Of a stretch of DNA of 64,000 nt, positions 14,099 through 27,450 are shown piece by piece. The DNA is from Octopus vulgaris (taxonomy: Eukaryota), in assembly GCA_951406725.2 (NCBI GenBank), contig OX597822.1, positions 7,998,001-8,062,000 of the forward strand, read 5' to 3'. Position 1 is the stretch's first letter. Each line of letters starts with the position of its first letter. The notes under the pieces were generated by a model that saw only the letters and a program-made list of their open reading frames with translations, had not been told where the DNA came from and made no database searches. A program made the translations under genes and the position numbers.

Positions 14099-14297
14099 TA
14101 CCTATTTATTTACTACCCACAAAGGGCTAAACACAGAGGGGACAAACAAGGCCAGACAAACGGATTAAGTCGATTACATCGATCCCCAGTACATAACAAA
14201 GTCGACCTCGGTGGAATTTGAACTCAGAACTTAACGGCAGACGAAATACGGCTACGCGTTTCGCCCAGCTTGCTAACGTTTCTGCTAGACCGCCGCC
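14099..14297 (-). mobile_element. SINE family A (ggcggcgagctggcagaa head), internally deleted
   Basis: Homologous to the other family A copies; B-box-like gagttcaaattcc. Confidence 0.85.
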
Positions 14298-15274
14298 TTC
14301 GTATATATTTCGCGATTGTGTTAAACGGATCTATATTTCTAAGCTGACAATTGTAACATGGTTATCAGCAGATGAGCATGCGTTTATTTGGTGGGGTCGG
14401 ATGCATATAATACTATTTCTATTCTGAAATAGATTACAGAACTAATCACTCATTGTACACCACAGACAACTTATAATATTCTTTTACTTGCTTGACATGT
14501 ATTTCTTGAGTAAATAATGTATTTAAATCACATTTTCACCTATTGAATTCTTCTGTTAAGTAACTAGTCTTTGCTTCTGGATTAAGGTTAAAGCAAATAT
14601 CCTGAGAAAAGTCAACATGTAGCATTGTTAACAGTTTCATATTGTAGCCAATTGTCTTCAACTGGAAGTTAAGAATTTGAGTTATTTTATTATTTTATGA
14701 TCAAAGACCAGCTATTCACAACACAGCTTATTACTAATGAGCTTCCTGTCTTTCTCCCAAATATAATTCTCCGATTATTTTATCATATATGATAATTTTG
14801 AGGACGATACTATGCAATCTAAGTCGTATATGTGTTGCGTTTCCAGCATGTGTAGTGATACTGAGTACGATCATTAAAGAAGAAAAGATATTATATTTCA
14901 TTAGGTAATGAAACTCTCTCAAATAAATCAAATAATCGCTATGGAAATTTTAATAAATCGTAGGTGAGCTAGGGTTTTAAAACCGAATGATTTATTAGGT
15001 CTACCATCAGGTACCGACAATGAACTGCCATTGTCATGCAGCTGTTATAGAAGATAATACTTGATGGACATGACGCAGGTGACTATCTAATTAAAATCCC
15101 TTGCTATACGAATCAATATACATCACGTTAAATAGAAATTCTCTCTGTGACAGAATTAAAATCTTACACGCATAAGCCATTCAAGGTTACATAGGAGAGA
15201 TCTTAAAGAATTAGCCGTAACTTGATGACACAAACTGCTCAGCAACAACAGCTACACGTAGTAATTCTCACTAG

Positions 15275-15662
15275 AAAATTATTTACTACTTTAGGCACAA
15301 GGCCCGAAATTTTAGAGGAAGGGGCCAATCGATACCAACTGGTACTTAATTTATTGACCCCGAAAAAATTAAAGGCAAAGTCAACCTTGGTGGAATTTGA
15401 ACTCAGAACGTAATGACAGACGAAATACATATTTCTTTACTACCCACAAGGGGCTAAACACAGAGAGGACAAACAAGGACAGATATACGGGTTAAATCGA
15501 TTATATCGACCCCAGTGCGTAACTGGTACGTATTTAATAGACCCCGAAAGGGTGAAAGGCAAAGTCGACCTCGGCCGAATTTGAACTCAGGACGTAGCGG
15601 GAGATGAAATACCGCTAATCATTTCGCCCGGCGCGCTAACGTTTCTGCCAGCTTACCGCCTT
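15275..15662 (-). mobile_element. SINE family A, long internally repeated form
   Basis: Full head plus a second body module. TSD attctcactag at 15264-15274 and 15663-15673. Confidence 0.9.
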
Positions 15663-16129
15663 ATTCTCACTAGGACATTACGTGGATGGAATTCCTTACT
15701 TGCACAGGGTTTTGTGTGCTGCGTTTGTGGTTAACAGTTTTGCATGAGCAAATTTAACTGTACAAATGTTACTCGTTTATGTAGTATCCCAAAGTATCTG
15801 CCTGTAAGATAATTCTGCAAATGAAAGAGCAAAAGAACCAACGTTACTCTGCATACAGAAAGAGTTTGTATAATATTAAAACTGTTTTTTTATCAAACAG
15901 TATATTTTCCGATTGAGCCTTATTTGAATATTCCATATTAAAACATTCTTTTTCACAATTCTGCAGTATTAATGTGATATTTTACTATTTCACATAATAA
16001 ATTTATAACCTAGTTTCATCTTTTCACATTATTTGGTGGATAAAACGTGGTTGCAAATCTGTGACAACGCGAAAAGGAGTTAAGGTCTGCTGAGACAGAA
16101 AGAAAATAATAAAATTAGTACCTGAAGGA

Positions 16130-16800
16130 CGAAATACTCTATCAACTGCAAAGCTTTGACGCGAGACCACGGCAAAATTAAGAAGTTTGGTGCAGTCGAC
16201 AAGGTGTCCCTCGTTCCTCCAAGAAAGACCAAACTAATAGCTCTTAAACTCAAAGATGAACGAAAACTGAAGTATGTTATGATAAAAAAAATCCCCATGC
16301 TACGAACAGCAAGATCTTTGGGGCAGCTGGCATCAACATTGTGCTGAAAAGCACCAGAAATGTTTATCTAAGAAAGCTTGATAGTGGCAAAAAGATGGAA
16401 ATTTCAACTTCCCTTTCGAAAAATTATCGCGAAAATAGGTTGGTTTTGGCAAATTTGGTCGAGTAAACAAAAATGGCAATGGTACTCTTCAACATAGCAG
16501 CGAGCTGGCAGAATCGTTAGCACGCCGGGCGAAATGATTAGCGGTATTTCGTCTGCCGCTACGTTCTGAGTTCAAATTCCGCCGAGGTCGACTTTGCCTT
16601 TCATCCTTTCGGGGTCGATTAAATGAGTGCCAGTTACGAATTGGGATCGATATAATCGACTTAATCCGTTTGTCTGTCCTTGTTTGTCCTCTTGTGGGTA
16701 GTAAAGAAATAGGTACTCTTCAACAGAGCGTTACGTATCCATGTAAGACACTGGAGAAGATACCGGGGAGAATGTTCGATAGCAGCTTGGCATATCGGAC
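16130..16800 (+). mobile_element. Decayed Tc1-like transposase N-terminal region, interrupted by a SINE
   Basis: GAVDKVSLVPPRKTKL..DERKLKYVM, LSKNYRENRLVLA and WRRYRGE resemble the Tc1 GRPRKT, KPLLS..RL.FA and VWR..GE motifs. Confidence 0.45.
16495..16711 (+). mobile_element. SINE family A
   Basis: TSD ggtactcttcaaca at 16481-16494 and 16712-16725. Confidence 0.9.
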
Positions 16801-16929
16801 GCGCTTATATGATTTGAAGTCCTATTCCGCAACATATTGCTTTCGTCGAACTCCTATCAAGTCAGTGTCCATAGGTTGACGACAATAGAAAGTATATATT
16901 CCGAAGACTTAAATCCGAGAAATGGCTAA

Positions 16930-17050
16930 TACTCATTGAGAAGAGAGGGAGGGGAATAAAACCAATGTAGGAATAAAACCAATGTTGTCTTCGAAACATG
17001 TGTCGAAAATAAAAGAATTTGAATAACACCTGCGTTCAACTCCATTTATT
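16930..17050 (+). mobile_element. Decayed pLTR fragment of the same family as 52690-52865 (3' half of the hammerhead kept)
   Basis: gaaacatgtgtcgaaaataaaagaattt..cgttcaactccatt matches the reverse complement of 52700-52752. The CUGAUGA box is lost. Confidence 0.6.
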
Positions 17051-17180
17051 TACTTATACTGTACAAATTACTCCCTTTGAATCGGTGGCTACATCGTTGT
17101 TATTGCGTGCATTTTGCTCCCCTGGTAAATCTTTATACTATTTTCTGTGTTAACTGTAAACAAAGGATAAGTCATTCATC

Positions 17181-17284
<104 letters not shown>

Positions 17285-17470
17285 CTAGAGTTTGTGGAAT
17301 TCTTCTAGTGAACATTCTTTTCTTTGTGGTTAGATTGTAGGTGATCGTCTTCTAGCATATTGATTGTCCGCTTAGAGGTCATCCCTATTTATACGCATAT
17401 ATATATATATATATCACATATATAAATGTATATATTATATACAAATATACATGCATATATACCCCAATCA

Positions 17471-17537
<67 letters not shown>

Positions 17538-18134
17538 GTATATACATATATATATATATATCTTTTATATATGTGTATGTGTGTGTGTGTGTGTCTAATT
17601 TAATATGTGGGTGTTTTCTCATATGTACGTGCGACTTACTATATATTTTTGTGTGTATGGTATTATGTTTAGTCTTTTGTCTTGGCGTATCAACAGTTGT
17701 TTATATTTTACCACTGTCAACAACGTGAATTGTTTTTATCTTCCATTTCCATCAACATTGTATATATTGCAACACTGCAAAGCTTTTAGGATTGGTTTTA
17801 AAGTTTGGAAAACTTCAATTCTCTAGTGACAAAGTATTACAAGAAATGATGAAAGCATTCATCGGTCTAATGGAAATTGATCCGTTTCTTCAATAGTAGA
17901 GCAAAATATTAAAAATAATAAGAACAGTACCATTGAAATCAAACAATCACTGATTATGCATTCCCTACATGTAGAGAGATATAGAAAAAAATTAATAAGG
18001 TATGAATAAATAAATATAAAATGGAAATAATAACAAAATAAAACAATAGGAAAACAAGAGATGATACGTCAGAAATGTTTAGATAAATTAAATATATTTA
18101 TTTATGAAACACATGAGATTTTTCTACTTTTCCC

Positions 18135-18350
<216 letters not shown>

Positions 18351-18354
18351 GATT

Positions 18355-20060
18355 ATAGTGGAGTTTGTGCTCTGAAAATGTGCTACGATTGTGATGTGAT
18401 AAGGAAAGCTTTTCAGAACAGAGGGCATATTGTTGCCAAGTGGTGAAATGATGAAGGCAACTCAACCTCTGTCCAGCCATAAATACAGGCGTACATACTT
18501 GAGGCAGATGGAATCAGAGAATCAAACATAATGACAGGAAGGAAAAGACGAAATGAGGGCACCTGCGGCCAGTGAGAAAAATATTGGCTTCAAATCTAAA
18601 TACCAGAAACTTAATTTCGGCAATAAACTCGCGCTCTGTCGCAGTAGTTCGGTATAGCGCTGGAATCCTGAAGTGACTAGAGGAGAAACTAAAGGAGATA
18701 GACCGGAAGTCAAGAAAACCGCTTACGATTCATGGAGCCCATCGTCTACGTGCAGAGTCTGATCGCCTATACATGAAGAGGGCAAATGGAGGAAGAGGAC
18801 GGATAGGTGTAGAAGACTGTGTGCGTATTGAGCTCGTGAGTTTAATGAGATACCTAGCGAGCTGATAGGCGGCGAGCTGATAGGCGGCGAGCTGGCAGCA
18901 ACGTTAGCACGCCGGACGAAATGCGTAGCCGTATTTTGTCTGCTGTTACGTTCTGAGTTCAAATTCCGCCGAGGTCGATTTTGCCTTTCAACCCTTCCGG
19001 GTCGGTGAATTAAGTACCAATTACGCACCGGTGTCGATTTAGTCGACTTAATCCGTTTGTCTGTCCTTGTTTGTCCCTTCTGTGTTTAGCCCCTTGTGGG
19101 TAGTAAAGAAATAGAGATACCTAGCCCAAAATAAGGAAACCTTGCTAGTGTCAGGTAGGAACGAGGAAATATGGAAAGCAGAGAAAAAAGGGAAAACCAA
19201 GGAAGAAGTGAAAAGAGACATGAAAAAGAATTACGCAAGAATGGACTACACAGTCAATTCCATGCAGCTATAAGAGAAGTTGCTGAAAAAAATAAGTGGG
19301 ATCGAGAGCACTACACCAGCAGCACAAGAACAAGCTTTGGCAACGAACTGGAGGGTCAACCTTAGGGATGAGCAAGTGTCCCCGCTGTGCTGCATCTGCA
19401 ATAGAGTGGATGAGATCATTGCTCATATCACGAACGAATGCCCTAGATTTGCCCAAAACCACTAAATTTGTGGCGACACGATCAGTTAGCGAAATTGCTA
19501 CATTGGAGACTGCGCAAAAAGTGGGCGCTAAAGTGAAGCAAGACAAGGTATGAGTACAAACCGCAGAGAGTGGGGAGTCGGAGACTAGCAAATCCTCTGG
19601 GATTTCCCAATCCAAACAGGTCAGGTGCTAGAGTATAACAGGCTGGACCTGGTGGTGGTGGTGGTGGTGGACAAGGGGCACTACATATGCTAAATATTTG
19701 ATGTTGCTTGCCCCTTTGACCCTCAAATAGTCAAGAAGGAAAGTGTAAAGATAGATAAATACAGCCCTCTTATGTACGAAATAGCCCGGCTATGGAAAAT
19801 AAATGTGAGGACAGTGCAAATTATCATTGAGTCTTTTCAGAACAGTATCAGAAAGCATCAATGCGAATATAAAGGAAATTGGAATTGAGTGCTCGGTTGA
19901 ACTGTTACAATAGGTTTGCCTCCTTGGCACGGAAGATTAATCAGGCAAGTATTAGAGAGCTGAACAGAATGGATAGCATGCTACTGTAGGCCGCTCGCTA
20001 CGCATGTAAGACTCCGGGAACTCCAACAAAATTTGTGATAAAGAGAAATAATAATAATAG
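18355..20060 (+). mobile_element. R4/Dong-clade non-LTR retrotransposon, decayed 3' half (RT thumb, CCHC zinc knuckle, restriction-like endonuclease)
   Basis: DRLYMKRANGGRG; PLCCICNRVDEIIAHITNECP; ILWDFPIQT..NRLDLVVV..IFDVACPFD..KIDKY; LLGT..IRQVLES*; ends in (AAT)n. A SINE interrupts it at 18859-19113. Confidence 0.85.
18859..19113 (+). mobile_element. SINE family A inserted into the R4-like LINE
   Basis: TSD gagatacctagc at 18847-18858 and 19114-19125; the head 15-mer is reiterated. Confidence 0.9.
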
Positions 20061-22382
20061 GCTATTTAAAACAGAAATACATCACACAAACACAGTTTAT
20101 GTAGTTCTAGTTTTTGTCGTTTAGTGAGAGTGAGAGGGGGTGTAGTTAACATGTACAGATAGAATTTACAAGAAATCCTTGATAAGTATATGTAATTTTC
20201 AGAAAATAACTGTTTTTACTGAAATTTGGCCTATACAGGTTTTCTAAATAGTGGCGTGCGATAAATGTGATCAAATCTGGAAAAATAACATGTTTTTATC
20301 GCAAATATACATATGACATATTGGTTGCAGTCAGATTTATTTTGGGGTGATAAAAGTGTTTCCTTTTCAAAATTAGTATTCATTTTATCATTTTGTATAA
20401 AACCAAGGAGTTTCATAAATGGTAACTTGCAAATTATTTATATACGTCTCTTCCTGATACTACAGCGAGGGAAGTTGCCCGTGATATGAGGCGTAACATA
20501 ATGGTTAGAAATAAATGCAAACGTGTGGAATGGAATACTTGATGCTTCTAGGACCGCACTTTGAATTTCCCTTATTGTATTTCATATAACCAAACAATCA
20601 GAACAACATTCACCAAAATGTAATGGGAAGACTTTACTGAGTGGAAAAAATAATAATAGTTTAACAATTAAAGTATGTGGCAACAAGAATACCGTAACAG
20701 TATTTTAACATTTATTTCAATCTATACGAGAAGACAATATATTCTGCGAAAGTTTAAAAACAGAGAAAACGTAATAGAAATTCTTACAGTTTGGTCTACA
20801 AAGAAATTACAATATATATAAACTGAATTAATTTGATTTCTATATAGTAAATGTGCAATATATTTTCTACGGTTATTTAATTCACAGAGACATTAAGTGT
20901 TTGCGCCGAATCCAAGAGGAGTGGTTTTCCTTTTTTCGAGACTTTATATCTATACACACGCGCGTTCCCACACGCACACACCTACACACACACACACGCG
21001 CGCACACAGACAAATGTATATATACATACATATATATATCACTTATATACAGTAAGAGAGAAGAAGGTTCGTGGGCGATTGTCATGTTTCTTTCTCTCAT
21101 GCTTTTCTCCATACATATATACATACATGCAGACACACTTCACACACAACCATACACCTTTATGTATACATGCACATATATGTGCGCACGTTCATGTGTA
21201 AATTTGATTGTGTGTGAGTGTATCGAAAATACGTCATGGAATAGAGACTGAAACAGTAACGTAAGAAACGTATACGATGTGAAGAAATATAACTAATGGA
21301 AAGAAATGGTGGAGGATTTAATGCTGTGGCCAACTCCTCTTATCGCAGAGATATAGTGAATGGAAGATGGAAGAGAAAAGGAAATGTCACAATACCTATT
21401 TACCGACATCCATTTACATTTCATGCATGATTTAAAAAAAGCGCACTTGGATAAAGTAAGTGGTAGAATAGACGACACAATCGCGAGGAGAGCGAGAATA
21501 AACTAAGAGAGCACCCAAGAGAGAGAACGGAAGAGAGATAATGCAGGAGATAGTATCAGTAAGAAAGGAATAGGGAAAGAAAATAGTGATATGATAAGAG
21601 AGAGACTGGAGATAGAGAGCATGTATTTTAAGGTTTATAAATGCAGTTCCTTAAAATAAGCAAATTCAGAACAAGAATTCTTTATTTGCTACATGATAAT
21701 CGATGATGCAGAATCATAAATTCTAGCAGCAAGCTGTTCATTTTAAAGGAAATTATGCGACCTACAGATAGTTCTGTTAGATAGAAGATATGTTGTAGCA
21801 GTTTGTGTATGAAATACTAAATAAATTGTCATTTTCAATATTAAAACATGAAATACAACAAAATCCATTTTGAATCTCCAATATATTTCTCTATGAATCT
21901 GTTACCTTATTACTGTCGTATTTTTGCCGCTGATGGCCCAGTTGTTTAGATGTGTGTCAGTAATAATGAACAGATCTATGTTTCACGATGTTCTAGTCTT
22001 GAAAATAGAGTAGAATTTCATTTCTAAAGGGTTTTATCAAATGACTGTATACATATACTTGAGTATTAGTTCCATAATAGTTTGTCAACCGTGTGCTTAG
22101 ATCCTCTTTCACATGATTGATCGTGAATATAGCAGTACAAGTATTTCGTTGTAGGGATAATATTTGGTGAAGAAACTTGTTATCTTTATTGTATCGAATG
22201 CGGAATTTCGTACAATTACATTTCATGCAATTCGAAATATTTTTCACATCAGTAATAATCATTTATCCTTGAATTATTGATAACTATATACAAACAAGGT
22301 TGTTTCGTTATTAATAAACATACAAATATACATATTAATATAAATGAGTATACATATATACACACACGAACACATATGTATA

Positions 22383-22444
<62 letters not shown>

Positions 22445-22460
22445 CATATATATATATATA

Positions 22461-22751
22461 TAGTGGTTAGGGTTAGGGCAGCGGACTCGCGGTCGCAGGA
22501 TCGCGGTTTCGATTCCCAGACCAGGCGTTGTGAGTGTTTATTGAGCGAAAACACCTAAAAGCTCCACGAGGCTCCGGCAGGGGGTGGTGATCCGTGCTGT
22601 ACTCTTTCACCCTCTTTCTCTCACTCTTTCTACTGATGGCCTGCTCGCTTAGCCAGCGGGGTGGCGTCATTCGAAGTATAAAACAATGCGAACGCATTGT
22701 GACCAGCGATGTGTAACAACATCTGATGGTCTGGTCGGTCACGTGACCACG

Positions 22752-22754
<3 letters not shown>
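22461..22754 (+). mobile_element. SINE family B (tRNA-like head gtggttagggcagcggactcgcgg), tail type 1
   Basis: A and B boxes (agtggttagg; gtttcgattcc). Same tail as 57415-57540. Embedded in (TA)n. Confidence 0.9.
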
Positions 22755-22815
<61 letters not shown>

Positions 22816-22935
22816 TTAGATTCAGATGAATATGTTACTTAAGTTCAGGCACGATAATTTAGTATGGCAACTATACATACAATTTAAATTAAACTGATTA
22901 AAATTAAAATAAGCATTCAAGGATATCCACAGGTA

Positions 22936-23024
22936 ATGCAGTACGATCGTTTCATACGAATCCATTTAACTGAACCCTGCAATCATTACATCAATTTAAA
23001 ATGTAGAGCAATCTTCAGCGGCAT
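22936..23024 (-). ncRNA. Hammerhead with a 58-nt stem II insert (family L) in a pLTR fragment
   Basis: Minus strand reads atgccg-CTGAAGA-ttgctc...gtat-GAAAC-gatc-GTA-ctgcat. Stem III is the palindrome ACGATCGT. The flank 22813-22935 is homologous to 43440-43555. Confidence 0.7.
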
Positions 23025-23190
23025 AAAAACATAGACATGGAATTTGAAGGACACATTAGTATAATTTTACCCCAAATCCCCAAGACGATAAATAGATAGA
23101 AAAAGAAGATGTTTTACTAACAACATCACAGTTGTATATATATACTTATACATATAGAATTACACATACACACACACACATATATATATG

Positions 23191-23241
<51 letters not shown>

Positions 23242-24816
23242 ATTTGCCTAATAGTGGTTTTATCTCTAATTTAATATAATATAATATAATATATTTATAC
23301 TATAAAATTGGATTTAATCCTAAATCTCATTTTTCCCTGAAAGTTTGGATTTATTCCCTAATATTATTATATATATACATATATATATATATAATTATAT
23401 GTTCATATATATATGCTTGTGTGTATATATATGTATATATATTTATATTAATATGTATATTCGCATGTATGTTGTTAGCTTAACCGCCTCCTTGATATAT
23501 AATTATTAATAATACATAGATATTATGGCCACAGCTCATTAGCTGAAACTGGAAAAATCAAAATCAAATCAAATACGTGATTGTCGCGCATACCCATACG
23601 ATCTCATCTCTTCCCATACACGCTATTTCTCCAAACTCTTAATATTTAAGCAATCTACAACAACGTTCCCTGTACTGAACAACTCCACGCAACACGCACA
23701 CATGCTTCTATACACACGCACACAGACACACACTCGCACATACCTGCATTGACGCGCATCTTACGACTTTATAAGCAAGTAATGTATTTGATGTTTCATT
23801 TACCTTTGATTATAAACTAGAACCGCAAGTGCAGCTTTTATGGTCCCTGTAAAACTGCAGACAGTTCTTGGTATTTATTAACACGATATGACATTTCGCA
23901 AAATGCCATTCATGAAAGCGAATTTCTTCAATCACATTGTCGTATTGATGCATATTTCCGTTTCTAACGCACGCGCTTGACTGCCGCAGTTAGATGTAAT
24001 CATAGATCCAATATAAGGACATTGATTTATAGTTTTCCTTTGGACGTTCTCTCATATTGCCCACCAAATGTGCTACGGGATTTGTAGTCATATGTGTTAT
24101 ACATTTGCGCTAAATTTTTCTGGAAAAATCTAATGTAGAGTTTTCGGAAAGTTCATATATTACTCCAGTACTTGTCACTTAAGTATTAAATATATTTTTT
24201 GTGATGACAATAACATTGATTTAGAATATATTGATCTATAATTCAATATCACAAATGTCAAAAAGCAGACGAATATTATGAAATTATATTTAATCATTTA
24301 AATAATGAAAGTTAATTAATTTCATTATTGCAATTATATTGTAGATAATAAGATTATATCGTTATGGAGTAATATATTCGATAAAATAAATTATCTGCGT
24401 TCGAGTGTGTGTTTGTGCGAGGGTATTTGTGATAGAAATAAAACATTTATGTACATAGTTGCTTATCAGAAATATACACACATGTATACACACACATACA
24501 TATAGTTATAAGCGTCCGTGTAATGCTTAGAAGCAATTCACGTTACTTGAATTAGCGACTCGAGTGGAAAGGAGTAAATCACTTCAAATTTTTCTCACAA
24601 TATTCCTGTAAATGGATTTAATTCTGGTTAGATTGAAACGGACGAAGATGGGCATAATATGTAAACTGATGTCAAACCCAGTAACGCTGTTCTGAATTCA
24701 TTTAATACGTGCGTTTCAGTTAATTGCGCGATAAATAAATATAAATAAAGATATCCAAAATCCTCTTTGCTGTCTTGCACCATTATCTGAAACGTATATA
24801 TATATATATATGTATG

Positions 24817-24883
<67 letters not shown>

Positions 24884-24949
24884 GGTCCCGGGTTGAGTCG
24901 GGGTTAACCACAGTAAATAAGGTACTCAATACATAGCAGAGTAAATTAA

Positions 24950-25076
24950 TTTATTTTATAGAAGGAGTTTACAGGACTAGAACTGTTTCATTCAAAAGAA
25001 ATCATCAAGAACTTCCTGATGATTTCTTTTGAATGAAACAGTTCTAGTCCTGTAGAAGCTCCTTCTATAAAATAAA
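24950..25076. repeat. Near-perfect foldback (about 62-bp arms) of a truncated hammerhead-bearing pLTR
   Basis: Arms differ by a 2-nt indel and one substitution. The right arm has CTGATGA-tttcttttgaat-GAAAC at 25016-25039. Confidence 0.85.
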
Positions 25077-25110
<34 letters not shown>

Positions 25111-25120
25111 ATATATATAT

Positions 25121-25402
25121 TCTGTTATTCTTTTATTTGCTTCAGTTAGTTAACTGCGGCCATGATGGAGAAGCGCCTTTAGTGACAACGTACCGACCTC
25201 AGGACCTATTGTTTGTAAGCCTGGCACTTATTGTAATGGTCACTTGTTGCCATACCGCTAAATGACGGGGGCATAAACAAACCAGCATCGGTTGTCAAAC
25301 GCTGGTGCGGGGGACAAACACAGACACAAATGGGATATACATATATGTGTGTGAATATATATATATATAGAGAGAAAGAGAGATAGAGATAGTTACACAT
25401 AA

Positions 25403-25473
<71 letters not shown>

Positions 25474-25635
25474 ACGGGCTTCTTGCAGTTTCTGCCTACC
25501 AAATTCACACATATGGAATTGGACGCCCCGAGACTATAGTAGAAGCACCTGTCCATGTTGCCCAGCAGTGGGACTTAATTCGGAACCATGTAGTTGGGAA
25601 GCACACTTCTTACTACACAGCCCCTCTTGTGCTTA
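25121..25635 (-). mobile_element. SINE family C (taggcgcaggagtggctgtgtggtaag head, internal microsatellite)
   Basis: Homologous to 44541-44967. Confidence 0.85.
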
Positions 25636-25636
25636 C

Positions 25637-25715
<79 letters not shown>

Positions 25716-25824
25716 ATAAAGTTAATCCAAACAAGAAAACACAGAAAAAAAGAGAAAAAAACAGCAACGCGAGGACCTGGAACAATTAAAGTATTATTGA
25801 CGCTCAGGAAAGAAGGGAAGGAGG

Positions 25825-25859
25825 GTTTAACGTTTCGAGCGGATCTCTTCGTCGGAAAC
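25825..25859 (-). ncRNA. Minimal hammerhead with a U4C change, in a pLTR-like repeat
   Basis: Minus strand reads gttt-CCGACGA-agagatccgctc-GAAA-cg-TT-aaac; palindrome AACGTT. Confidence 0.6.
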
Positions 25860-26734
25860 AAGGAGAAGGTAAGATCCCAAGAAGAGAAGACAGAGGAAAA
25901 AATATTTTTGCTGGTGGTGCTCAAGAGATCACACGCATGCACATATATATATATGCATGTATGCATACATACATGTTATATGTACATACCTACATATATA
26001 TGTATATATACATGCATATATGGGTACAGGACGTAAAAAAAATTGAACAAAATGAAAAGCGAGAACATAAAGAAAATAAACACATGGAAAACGAATTTTT
26101 TTCGAACAGCAAAACAAACAGACAGAGAAACGAGTCAGGCAACATAAAGTTTTCTCCTGGCTTATTTACTCCGCGTATCGAACGTTGCGACAAAACGCGA
26201 TTTCGTTAAAACAGTCGTTCCTGAAATGCAAGTTAAATAAAATTTGGGACTTGCTGAGGTTTAAAGTGGTAGCAAAAACAGGACAGTAATAAAAAGACAG
26301 TAAAAACAAACAGTAAAGGATGTGAAGCCATAATGAGGTGAACGCTGGAGAAACGAGCTTTGACACGAGAGAGGCAAAAGTGTATCTTGCCTCTTGTAAG
26401 CAAGGGAAAGAAAGATAGCCGCTGGTCAAATGTGAGAAACGAGAGAGTCAAGTAAGAAGAGTGAGAGAGTGAGGGAGAGAAAGAGTACGGTGAAGGGGAA
26501 GGAGAAGGATTGGAGAACGGGTGGAAGAGAAAAAGAGAAAGAATAAGAGAGGGAGAATAGAGATAGTTATAGATATAATTATTAAGATAAAACACGTGGA
26601 AAGGATGCGTGGCGGTCGATCATATAATTATATAATATATATATATCGAGATTTTTCTATAAAAAAAATTTTATTTTATTTATTTATCAAATTAATATTG
26701 TTTAACTCTATTTGCTTATTTATTTAACTATTAT

Positions 26735-26842
26735 CATTAACCTGAAGATTGACTATAATATTAATTCGAATTTATTTCAATTGAATTTAAACTCAATTGT
26801 AATTCGAACTTAATTGTAGCCATGAAACGTACGTAGTATTTT
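26735..26842 (+). ncRNA. Hammerhead with a 75-nt hairpin stem II (family L-like)
   Basis: CTGAAGA at 26742-26748, then ttgactataat...attgtagccat, then GAAAC-gtac-GTA. The insert folds (ttcgaatt/aattcgaa; caattga/tcaattg). Stem I is weak. Confidence 0.65.
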
Positions 26843-27192
26843 GACTTATTTATTATATATTTATCATTCATTTTATACTTTTTGAATCTAGTTATAAGTT
26901 ATATATTAAAAAAAAGAAAAAAGCTTAATTATATATATATATATTTGTTACTTATGTATTGGTTTATGTCTATCATTGCTTATGTTGCATAATAGTGGTT
27001 TTATCTCTAATTCATATTATATATATATATATATATATAATTAGATGTGTGGGTCGGGATGCGGGGGTGGATGAGTAGTTGTAGTTTGGAGTATGTGGGA
27101 ATGGGATGTTTGGGGGTGGGGTATGGATGGAGTGAGTATCATTGAAGAGATATGTGAAGTACGTGCCAGGTTAAGAGAGGAGAGAAGGGGAG

Positions 27193-27450
27193 TCAGAAGA
27201 AGAGGGAAAGGGAGTTGAGCCCATGTGATGCAAAGGAGCGAAGAGAGCAGATTAATACTTGTTCATAGTGCAAAGACAATCCGAACACAGATGACCGGTA
27301 GAGCGGAAATGGTACGAGACTGGGGTGTCAATGTGGAGTCTAGTATCTCGGAGGTGTTCCGCGAGCCGGTCAGCCGGCGTCCCATTTGATCGATGCACAA
27401 TAAAGGGCAGAAAGACCAAGAGATGCAGTAAATGACGTTGTTAGATAAAC
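27193..27450 (-). mobile_element. Decayed Penelope GIY-YIG endonuclease 3' end
   Basis: Minus strand SNNVIYCISWSFCPLLCIDQMGRRL..LAEHLRD..HFRSTGH..EQVLICSLRSFASHGLNS*. Confidence 0.75.
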
